From Octopus sinensis (taxonomy: Eukaryota): DNA of 64,000 bases. A program made the translations under genes and the position numbers. Positions 42,357 to 52,884 of the stretch are shown here, piece by piece. The stretch lies in the NCBI RefSeq assembly GCF_006345805.1, contig NC_043001.1:67952001-68016000 (forward strand), written 5' to 3'. A model generated the notes under the pieces. It saw nothing but the letters and a program-made list of their open reading frames with translations, searched no databases and had not been told where the DNA came from. The first letter of the stretch is position 1, and every line of letters begins with the position of its first letter.

Positions 42357-42874
42357 AGAGATCAAGGGGGAGATAAATAACATTCGCTTCGTTCATTTTA
42401 CGTCGAGTTAAGAAATTGGGACAAATTGGCCAACAGTTAGAATTCAACTTGGGACTGGAACAACAGAATGTTTGCATTACAGAATTAAATCTCATCCATA
42501 CTTAACTTCTGATCAATCGCCATTATAGACGTATTATAGTCAAGCTATTTAGCTCGTTTTAGTTTTGGGCCGCAGGCCCAATTAGCCTTCCGCAGGAGTT
42601 AGTTTAAAGGTCTGCAGAGAGTGCAGTTTTAAAGGTAGTATGTATATTAAAACTGGAAATTATAAGAATTATATACACAGTGACAACCTTGATAATTGCT
42701 TTCTTTGTGTTGTTTGTCTTGTTTTTATTTGTTTCTTTCGTTGGTCGCAAACAAATCTTCATATTCCATGTCCTCGTACTTCGTATTTTTGTTGTTTACG
42801 TTTTGTGATGTTCTTTGCCCACATATGCATATGTACATACGTATTCATGTAAGTATGTACGGATACGTATGTAT

Positions 42875-44243
42875 TATTTATTTATTTATTTTATTTTATC
42901 TAGTTTCAGCTCACGAGCTGTGGCCATGCTGGGGCATCGCCATTTGGTGTTGCTACATGATTTTACTTCACGAATGATTTTTAGCAATTGCCATTTGGTG
43001 CATGAGAGAGTTCGATGCAGCTGCCCTCATCTGCACCTCCTGCCTTGAAGTTGGTTCATCTGGGACACCTGACAGGAAGAGATCCAGTTTTATTTTAAAG
43101 ACATCTGCATCCACCCCATGCAGGTCTCTCAGGTTCTTCGGGAGGATATTGAAGAGCTGTGGGCCTCTGAAGCCCAGGCTATTACAGTATCTTGTTCTAC
43201 ATCTTGATGGCAAATTTGGAGTCCTTGGCACTATGCAGTGGCGCCTAGTTCTAGCATTTGTGTAACTCTCGATGCCAAAGTTTGGGACAAGTTCTTCTAG
43301 GATCTTCCAGATGTACATTATGGCGTATCTTTCTCGCCTACGCTCTAGGGAATAGAGTCTTAATCTCTTGAGTCTTTCCCAGTAGCTTATATGCTGCACA
43401 GAGGCTATCTTCTTCCTGTAGCTTCGTTGGATCGCCTCAAGTTCTGTGATTAACTTGACACTGGATGGTGACCATAGCTGAGAGCAATAGTCAAAGTGGC
43501 TTAGGACAAGTGTCCTCCAGAGGACCATCATGGTTTCCTGGTCTCTTGTTCTAAAGGTTCTAAGAATCCATCCGGTCAGCCGCCTACATTTCATTGCCAA
43601 TTTAGCAACATGCACATGAAAGGTTGCATCATCACTCATGTAAATACCCAGGTATCGCACTGATTGTGCCTCTGGGATTGCAATCCCTCCAGGTCCAGTG
43701 TATTTATTGGGTATTGCATTTAGTTTTGCATGATGATAGCATAAAGCTTGTAACTGTTCAGCATTGAACTGCATGCTATTCTTTTCAGCCCATTTGTATA
43801 TTTTGTCCAGCTCACATTGCAGGTGCTTAGTGTCTTCAGGGTACTGTATTGCCTGTGAAACTTTTGTATCATCTGCATAACTTGTGATCGTGGCTCTCTG
43901 CGTGGCTGAGGGCATATCTGAGAGGGCCATTATGAACAGTAGTGGTCCCAAAACAGTGCCTTGCGGAACACCGCTCACTATTTGCGTGTTAATGGAAGTG
44001 GCCCCATTGGCTACTACCACCTTACTTCTATCCTTCAGAAAGTCATGAAGCCATTCTCCCAATTTTCCAACTATGCCAAGATCCCGCAGTTTGTGATATA
44101 TCATTCCATGATCGACTTTGTCAAAGGCCTTTGCAAAGTCGAGATATATGACTTCCACATTTGAGTGGTTGAGCAGTCGTTTCAGCACCTAGTCATAGTG
44201 TTGTAGGACTGAGTTAAGCAGCTTTTTCCTGGTCGGAAACCAT
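42875..44243 (-). mobile_element. 5'-truncated CR1-clade LINE with intact 3' end and (AATAA/ATAA)n tail
   Basis: GFRPGKSCLTQ at the truncation point next to TA-rich repeats, a continuous RT ORF, then a short 3' UTR ...CCCAGCATGGCCACAGCTCGTGAGCTGAAACTAGATAAAATAAAA. Confidence 0.9.
42968..44188 (-). CDS. Reverse transcriptase (C-terminal 406 aa) of a CR1-type LINE
   Basis: YLDFAKAFDKVDH, SGVPQGTVLGPLLF, SYADDTK, RYLGI, LYSLERRRER, GPQLFNILP. Confidence 0.9.
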   Translation of the reverse strand: MLKRLLNHSNVEVIYLDFAKAFDKVDHGMIYHKLRDLGIVGKLGEWLHDFLKDRSKVVVANGATSINTQIVSGVPQGTVLGPLLFIMALSDMPSATQRATITSYADDTKVSQAIQYPEDTKHLQCELDKIYKWAEKNSMQFNAEQLQALCYHHAKLNAIPNKYTGPGGIAIPEAQSVRYLGIYMSDDATFHVHVAKLAMKCRRLTGWILRTFRTRDQETMMVLWRTLVLSHFDYCSQLWSPSSVKLITELEAIQRSYRKKIASVQHISYWERLKRLRLYSLERRRERYAIMYIWKILEELVPNFGIESYTNARTRRHCIVPRTPNLPSRCRTRYCNSLGFRGPQLFNILPKNLRDLHGVDADVFKIKLDLFLSGVPDEPTSRQEVQMRAAASNSLMHQMAIAKNHS

Positions 44244-44320
44244 ATATATATGCATATATATATATATTATTTTATTATTTATATCATTATATGATTGAAC
44301 GCCACGCATCATTTTCCAAG

Positions 44321-44438
<118 letters not shown>

Positions 44439-45099
44439 AGCGTGTGTGTGTGTGTGTGTGTGTATAAACACACCGGCAGTGATTTGTTTACGTTCTCGTA
44501 ACGTAATGGCAAAAGAGACCGAGAGAAAAAGTGTCAGGATTATATATAAACGGTGGGGGTCGATCAAACAAAAACACACATATCTCTCTCACAGACACAC
44601 GCACAAACACATACACGCGACTATAAAAGGAGACACGTGATCATGGTGACACACAGAGGGACTGAACTCGAAACCACGTAGCTGCAAAGCGAACTTCTTA
44701 ACCACACTGATATGTCTACACCTGCCTGCTTTATCCATTTGTTATAGCAAATACTCATTGATTTTGACGCGTCAGGGGTTCATTAACTGAAGCATTATTT
44801 TCACGATTTCACGAACATTGCCAAGCAAATATTTAATGTTGAGACTCAATCTGACTATCATTATAATTTTTTAATGTAAGGTCCTTGTTTTTTTTTTATT
44901 TTGTTTTAGCATAACACAAAAGTCACTGTGCACTTCGTAAACAACTTTTTCATTTTGGGACAACATTGTCATAACAACCAGATATTTAATGTTTTTCTTT
45001 TAGAGCCAAATATTTACTTTTCTTATATACATCTGTCATCATGATGAAGACAATTTCAGTCACTACATAAAGGCTAATTTTATTCCGTGGAAGACAATG

Positions 45100-45720
45100 T
45101 AAATATACTTGAAAATTCCACTTTCGTTGAAAGTAAAATCGTCGTACCAGAGGTATTAAAGTTATCTATTAAGAAGGTAGCATAACAGAGACATCAGAGG
45201 TATCTATCGACGAGTTTACAGAGACAAAAGTATTTAACATTGATCCATAGACACCAGAGGGAGCTATCAACAAGGTTCAGAGTTAGTGGCTTCTAACAAC
45301 GAGGTATTAGAGAAAACGGTATCTAACAAGGTGCAAGAACCATGGGTATCTGACAAAGTAGCAGAGATAGCAGAAGTATCTGACAACGAGTTACCACTGA
45401 CATCAGAGATATCTAATAATGTGGTGCCACTGACGTCAGAGATATCTAACAACGACGTGCCACTGATGTTAGATGTATCTACTAACGAGGTACTGGAGTC
45501 TTCAGAGATTTCTAGCAGCGAAGTATTATTCATTAATCAAAGGTTTATATAAGCGGAATACTAGAAACGTCAAGAGGTATCGAACAACGAGCAACTAGAA
45601 CGACAGAGGATCTTTTAGTAAAGGTTGAAATGTGATGAAGACAACGAGGATGAGAACACTGGCCATAATGTATCACTGTATAATAACGATCGTACCTCAT
45701 TTCAGAAATCAATCAATCAA
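45100..45720 (+). pseudogene. Decayed coding-like acidic repeat (unit ~33 bp, SEISNNEVPLT-like)
   Basis: Repeats such as CAGAGATATCTAACAACGACGTGCCACTGA. The E/S/N/V-rich frame is broken by stops and frameshifts outside 45286-45552. Confidence 0.4.
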
Positions 45721-46249
45721 TCAATTATTGATAGAAATGGCAAGAATGGAGACCTCGATATTATGTAAATAGAGGAATTTATCTGTATACAGATATATAT
45801 TAATTATATAGTTTATAGACGAGAGACAGATATTCTCCGTATAGAATACACCTCGTAGTGCTCAAGAGCTTTAAACTTGAGCAGGTAGAGGAGTAAATGT
45901 AAGGATAAGCAATTCGGGCAAGTCGGTTTACAAAAAATATCAAATATATTTGTTACAAAAAATGTACGTATATTTACATATAAAAAGGTCTGACGTACAC
46001 AGAATAGAAATGATATCAGGAATTAAAGGGGCTGAATAAGTCAAACCCTTTATGTATTATATACATATATGTCTCAAGCTGGTTCTTGCTGGCTCAGTGT
46101 GATCTTCTTTTGAATAAAACATGTTCTTTTTTTTATTCACTGCCTAGATACCTATATTTTTCAGCTTGCTCCTGTTCTTCCCAGTTAAGTGCTGTCCCGT
46201 CACAGTATACCTGCTCCGTTGGGTGCGTGGGGTTTAAGGAAACTAATAT

Positions 46250-47580
46250 CCTGAATCGTGGGCTGTAAACACTACACCAAGAAAAACAGACAAGCAAACA
46301 AACAACGCAAAAAACCCAGCATTCAGACTCGGATGCTGGAACATAAAGACCATGACAACTGGTCCGTAAGAGGCCTTCGAAAGATCAGCGATCAGCAACG
46401 AACTAATACGACTCTGATTGGATATTGTAGCGTGGTCCTAAACAGACTACAAGATTGGCTGTCCTCAGGATTGTCCAATCATTTCACGCGGATATGAAAG
46501 CCGTCGTTAAATTTGATGGGTCTTCTTAGGAAGCTTTCATCATAAGTAGCGGCGTGAAGCAGGGCTGCGTGCTTGCTGCCACCCTGTTTGGCTTCTTCTT
46601 TGCAGTCATACAGCAACAGGTGGTGTTTACATTCACACCAGACCAGACCAGACAGTAAACTGCTTAGTCTGTCGAGGCTGAAAGCAAAATCCAGGGTGCG
46701 CCAAATACTCATCAGAGAAATGCTATTCGCGGACGCCGCAGCACTGACAGCACATTCTGCGGAGCAAATGTAGTACATAGTGGATAAACTCTCTAAGGCC
46801 TGTCAGGAATTCAGCTTGACTATCAGTCTGAAGAAGACAAAAGTACTAGACCAAGGCAAGAAGCACCCACCCCACCATCACCATCAACAACTATAAGCTC
46901 GAGGTAGTCCATGAATTCACCTGCCTCGGTACTACCATCGTTGATGACCTCTTCCTAGATCCTGAGATCAACAGGCAAATTGGACAAGTATCCTTCACAT
47001 TTTTTCCAAGCTCACAAAGAGAGTCTGGAAAACAGAAAGCTGGCTCCAAACATCAAGATTGCTCCCAAGATTGCGATGTTAGTACGCTACTTTATGGCAG
47101 TGAGACGTGGAGCATCTACTCCAGGTAGGAGTGGAGTCTCAAAGTCTTCCACCTTCGTAATTTGAGACACATTTTGGATGGATATCAAGTGAACCGACCA
47201 CATCAGCAACACCGTAATCCTCAACTGTACCAATATACCCTGTATACTCACCATGCTCTGCGCTGGCTCAGTCATGTACATTGCATGCCGGACGGGAGGA
47301 TCTCGAAAGACCTCCTGTATGGGGAATTGACCACCGGCGCAAGAGCACGAGGACGACCGCATCTTTGTTTCAAGGACTGTTGCAAGAGAGGTATGAAGTC
47401 GCTTGAGCTGGACGTCCTAAGATGGGAGGAAGTTGCAAATGATCGCCCACCCTGGAGACAATTACTGTAAAAGGGGATGAAGTGAGCGCAAGAAAACAGG
47501 AGCTTGCCACTAAAGAAAACCGCACTCGACAGAATTAAAAACCAGTAGCGCCGGCAGAGAACTCCTTCAAATGTAGTCGC
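46250..47580 (+). mobile_element. RTE/BovB-like LINE: endonuclease N-terminus joined by a large deletion to the RT C-terminal half; many stops
   Basis: PAFRLGCWNIKTMTTG...ISNELIRL.LDIVA, then KIGCP...GVKQGCVLAATLF...REMLFADAAAL...LRWLSHVHCMPDGRISKDLLYGEL...RGRPHLCFKDCCKR. Confidence 0.88.
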
Positions 47581-47716
47581 TCTCTCTCCCTCTCTCTCCT
47601 CTTCTCACGCTTTCTCCATCCATCCATCCATCCACCCATCCATCCATCCATCCACCCATCCACCCACCCACCCAAAAGCCCATCCATCCACCCATCCATC
47701 CATCCATCCATCATCC

Positions 47717-47799
<83 letters not shown>
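47581..47799. repeat. Graded microsatellite (CT)n > (CCAT)n > (CTAT)n
   Basis: Direct inspection. Confidence 0.95.
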
Positions 47800-48689
47800 G
47801 GGCGACTTTCGGGCCAGGGCCCATGGACAACTTCCAGAGATCCCTGGCCTGGCAGTGCTACCGAGAAGCGCTACCCGTTCGGGATAAGCTCTACAGACAC
47901 GGCTCGAGAAACACGGGGCCGACCTGCCCGAGATGCGGTCAAAGCGACGAAACCGTTCTGCACGCACTCGTGCAGTGTCCAACAATTTCCGACCTGTGGG
48001 CTTGTGTCGAACAACTGCTGTCACGTGTGGGATGAGTCGGTTTATCAGCTGAGTCTATCGTCAATATTGTCACGCCTCCTTCCTTCAAACGGGAAGGAAG
48101 AGCTATTTTCATCATCCTTGTGGCTATGGCGAAAGAAGGTATCTGGTGGACGCGTCTGAAAGGATTGGAGACAAACACTTTCCTCTCTGGTCAATCTCTC
48201 ATCAAGTTCTTCAAGTACCACTTGAAAAGGAAAGTGAGAGTAGAGATGCAAGTTTTGTCTAGCGAATGTTTTAAAAAAAGATGGGTGAATGTAGCAAGAA
48301 TGGCACGTATGAATGACGAAGCCACCTTGAGCATGATCCTATGAACCCAGAAATTGAAAACAGAGAGTTGCTTATTCGCAAAAAAAAAAAAGAAATATAA
48401 CATGTGACTCCATTGACCGAGGTTACCGTGGTCTTTTCCGTAGGCTTTTCTTTCCACGGGTAAACCTCACCTGTCCTCCCCTTTACACTTCTGTGATAAT
48501 TTTTGATCAATTTTTTTTTTTTCCTCTCCCCCTTTTTTTTAACCCCCCTTTTTTTGTCCTCTTTCTCTCCTTTTATGATCCCTTTTGATCGAAACTCCCC
48601 CCTCTTTTTTTTTTAAACCTTCAAAAGAAAAGCTCTACCTTGTAATTTGTTCTATCTGTGTGCAGCCCTGTGTGGCTAATAAAGAAACA

Positions 48690-48690
<1 letters not shown>
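47800..48690 (+). mobile_element. Tx1-like LINE copy A (5'-truncated), flanked by (CTAT)n
   Basis: LPVRDKL, CPRCGQSDETVLHALVQCP zinc knuckle, 3' end ...GGCTAATAAAGAAACAT|ATCT. Confidence 0.93.
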
Positions 48691-48776
<86 letters not shown>

Positions 48777-49955
48777 ATACGTTTTATCCTTCAGAGGCCG
48801 ATTTAACCAACTAGAGCCTCCAGTCCCTCACTTCACTCTTCTTCAAAACTAAGGCCTTATACTGTTGTTAGGATGTTCCGCAAGTATTTTGGTAAGTTTG
48901 AAATATTTAATGTTGACCTAAAACTCCTTTCTCCGATTTTGCAAATGACGATATCGTAGCAAATTTTAGTTTCTCATTTCGTAGTTATTAAATTATCTTG
49001 ATACACATCGTTATTACGTAAATGTCTTAGATAAGAAAGCTAGTTTAAGTATGTAGAATTATGTTTTCAGTGGAGTAAACACAAGAAATTCCTTCGTTTC
49101 CATATCACAGATGTCAACTTTGAACATTTGTTTTGTTTTATCGTTACAAATTCATTAAGATATGTGACTATTTATTTACTTACCTACTAACCCAACCACC
49201 CACTAACCTAAAGACGCACCTATCTATAGATTTATCTATTCAAATAACAACTTTATAGTTGCCTTTATCTGATACAGTGTCGCATATTGATGATTGAACA
49301 AATTTACACACATGATTGTTCATATACATACTTATTCATGTACATGCCTATTCAGAAACACACATGCACGTACACACACACACGCACGTACACACACACA
49401 CGCACGTACACACACACGCAAGTACACATACACAAACACGCACGCACGCATGTATGTATGTATGTATGTATGTATGTATGTATGTATGTATGTATGTATG
49501 TATGTATGTATGTATGTATGCATGTATGTATGTATGTCATCATTCAGTTTATCTCAAGAATTCTTGCCAAGGGAGAAAGAACCGGTTTCTAACCTAGATC
49601 CAAGGTTCCTTCATTGGAATTTAGACATCAACAACAGGGTATTTTTTTATGTATGTATGCATATATGTATGTATGTATTTATGTATGTATGTGCAGATCC
49701 GTGTGTTTTATGTATGTATCCTCATGCATATAGTTATATATCTAGACATGCTCATATATATTTAAATGATAATCTTCTGAAAAGTTTTACAAATTTTTAC
49801 AGTTCTAGTAATGGATTGGATCTGTAGTCTTCGAATTAGCTTTCTCCTTTCTGGTTTTGAGAAGCCTTATAGCTCAAGATTGGTATTTAGGCAGTGTGCT
49901 ACATATCCCAGGGCTCCAATAATTACAGATATAAACCTGAAATTGTAATCTCTCT

Positions 49956-50006
<51 letters not shown>

Positions 50007-50514
50007 TTTATACGTTTTATCCTCCAGAGGCCGATTTGACAAACTAGAACCTCTATTCCCTCACTTCACTCTTCTTCATATTATAGCTTTTTATTTTTTT
50101 GTCCTCGGGATTATCCTTTCGACGTATTTCATTATAGAGTGTCCTAGCTACAACGTCATGTCTCATCGGAAGATAATACCGTGATGACATTTTCGGACGA
50201 CTGCTTATGATGTGGGTGATATTTTCAGTGTGAACACCATAAATTATTACAGTATTTGGTCCAAGACAAGTTCTTTCAGCCGTTGATCATTAGTGGCAAT
50301 TATTCCAGTCTTTGATTGTAGACTAAGCAGTATCACCTAAACATGAAAAGCAACATAAACTTCCCTCTAGTCATTCAGTTAGCCCTAAGATAAACGGCTT
50401 TCAGGTTCTCTTTCACTGCGCAACATAGATTACTTCATCGTACAAACATTGAGGATGAAGGAAGTCCGTGAAGTCCTCTAAAGATATGTTGACTGGACCC
50501 ACTTCTATAACTCG

Positions 50515-50602
<88 letters not shown>

Positions 50603-50603
<1 letters not shown>

Positions 50604-52181
50604 CCAAGTGGAGAAGAACTTGAACGAGATAACGAGTAGAGTGGTCACTCTCGCCCGGCAATGGGCCGAGAGGAATCTGTCCCTAAAAGGTCGGGCGGAG
50701 GTGGCGAACACGTACATCGCGTCCGTCATCTACTACCGCCTGACCGTCGTGCCTTGTCCCGACCCTACCATCACCAAACTAGAACGCATTCTCTTTCGCT
50801 TCTTGTGGAAAGGATGCGTCCCGATGGTCAGGCGATCCATTTGCTGTCAACGCCCGTTAAAATGAGACCTGGGCATGCCCTGGTTGATGATGCGCAGACA
50901 CGCGCTGATACTGCGACATCTCAGGCTCTTCGTAGACGACGGTGAACAGGTGTGGTCGCCGTTTGTGAGGCACGCTTTCCCGCAGCTCGTCTCCATGACC
51001 GAACTGCAGTCGTGGATCAAAAAGAGGCCGAGGAAGGGCGAATGGCACCGCGAGTGTCGCGTTGCTCTCAAGCAACTCTGCCGTCCTGGGTCGACCTTGA
51101 GTGACTTCATCACAACCAAAGCATTCTATAGGGGATTAGTGGACGAGCTCGGGGCGAACCTGGACGTCGACGAGGAGTACCTGACCCGCCTGTTCGGGAC
51201 GACTTTCGGGCCAGGGCCCATGGACAACTTCCAGAGATCCCTGGCCTGGCAGTGCTACCGAGAAGCGCTACCCGTTCGGGATAAGCTCTACAGACACGGC
51301 TCGAGAAACACGGGGCCGACCTGCCCGAGATGCGGTCAGAGCGACGAAACCGTTCTGCACGCACTCGTTCATTGTCCAACAATTTCCGACCTGTGGGCTT
51401 ATGTCGAACAACTGCTGTCACGTGTGGGACGAGTCGGTTTATCAGCTGAGTCTATTGTCAATATTGTCACGCCTCCTTCCTTTAAACGGGAAGGAAGGGC
51501 TATTTTCATCATCCTTGTGGCTATGGCGAAAGAAGGTATCTGGTGGACGCGTCTGAAAGGATTGGAGACAAACACTTTCCTCTCTGGTCAATCTCTCATC
51601 AAGTTCTTCAAGTACCACTTGAAAAGGAAAGTGAGAGTAGAGACGCAAGTTTTGTCTAGCGAATGTTTTAAAAAAAGATGGGTAATTGTAGCAAGGATTG
51701 CACGTATGAATGACGAAGTCACCTTGAGCATAATCCTATGAACCCAGAAATTGAAAACAGAGGGTTACCCACTTGCAAACAAATGTGGTAACATATAACA
51801 ATATTGACCAAGGTTACCGTGGTCTTTTTCGTAGGCTTTTCTTCCCACGGATAAACCTTACTTGCTTTCCCCTTTACACCATACATCATAACACTGTGAT
51901 ACACGATCCCTCTTGATCATTTTTTTCCTCTTCCCCTTTTTTCTTCTTTTTTCATTTCTCTTTGTTTTATTCCTTTTCCTTTTTTATCTTTTTCTTATTT
52001 TTATTTTTTTATTTTTTGTTCTCTTTTTCCCTTTTACGATCCCTTTTGATCGAAAGTATACACCACCTTTTTTTTTGGTTTCTTTTTTTTTGTTTTTTGT
52101 TTTTTTCATCCCCCAAAAGAAAAGCTCTACCTTGTAACTTGTCCCATCTGTGTGCAGCCCTGTGTGGCCAATAAAGAAACT
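50603..52181 (+). mobile_element. Tx1-like LINE copy B, with a variant 3' UTR
   Basis: Starts mid-thumb (QVEKNLNEI...KGRAEVANTYIAS); same 3' terminus; (CTAT)n on both sides. Confidence 0.93.
50875..51741 (+). CDS. C-terminal 288 aa of Tx1-like ORF2 (zf-RVT/CCHC region)
   Basis: Uninterrupted frame containing LAWQCYREALPVRDKL and CPRC-X8-H-X4-C. Confidence 0.85.
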   Translation: MPWLMMRRHALILRHLRLFVDDGEQVWSPFVRHAFPQLVSMTELQSWIKKRPRKGEWHRECRVALKQLCRPGSTLSDFITTKAFYRGLVDELGANLDVDEEYLTRLFGTTFGPGPMDNFQRSLAWQCYREALPVRDKLYRHGSRNTGPTCPRCGQSDETVLHALVHCPTISDLWAYVEQLLSRVGRVGLSAESIVNIVTPPSFKREGRAIFIILVAMAKEGIWWTRLKGLETNTFLSGQSLIKFFKYHLKRKVRVETQVLSSECFKKRWVIVARIARMNDEVTLSIIL

Positions 52182-52205
52182 TATCTATCTATCTATCTAT
52201 CTATC

Positions 52206-52277
<72 letters not shown>

Positions 52278-52278
<1 letters not shown>

Positions 52279-52795
52279 GAGTAGAGAGGCAAGTTTTGTC
52301 TAGTGAATGTTTTAAAAAAAGATGGGTGAATGTAGCAAGGATGGCACTATGAATGACGAAGCCACCTTGACTATGATTCTATGAACCGTAAAATTAATAC
52401 AGAGAGTTGCTTATTTGCAAAAAAAAAAAAAAAGAAATATAACATGTGACTTCATTGACCGAGGTTACCGTGGTCTTTTCCGTAGGCTTTTCTTTCCACG
52501 GGTAAACCTCACCTGTCCTCCCCTTTACACCTTCATATTGACATTTCTGTGATAACGATCCCTATTGATCAATTTTTTCCTCCCCCTTCCCCCTTTTTTT
52601 TTTTTAAAACCCCCCCCTTTTTTTTGTCCTCTTTCTCCCCTTTTACGATCCCTTTTGATCGCCCCCCTTTTTATTTAATTTTATTTTTTATTTTATTATA
52701 TTATTTTTTTTTTCTTTTTTAAACCTTCAAAAGAAAAGCTCTACCTTGTAATTTGTTCTATCTGTGTGCAGCCCTGTGTGGCTAATAAAGAAACA

Positions 52796-52796
<1 letters not shown>
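52278..52796 (+). mobile_element. Tx1-like LINE copy C (last codons plus 3' UTR)
   Basis: VERQVLSSECFKKRWVNVARM..., shared 3' end, (CTAT)n on both sides. Confidence 0.93.

Positions 52797-52884
<88 letters not shown>

Noticed and set aside
46160-46250. HDV-like ribozyme at the RTE 5' end
   Set aside because: Expected from RTE biology, but I could not fold a convincing nested double pseudoknot by eye; needs a descriptor search.
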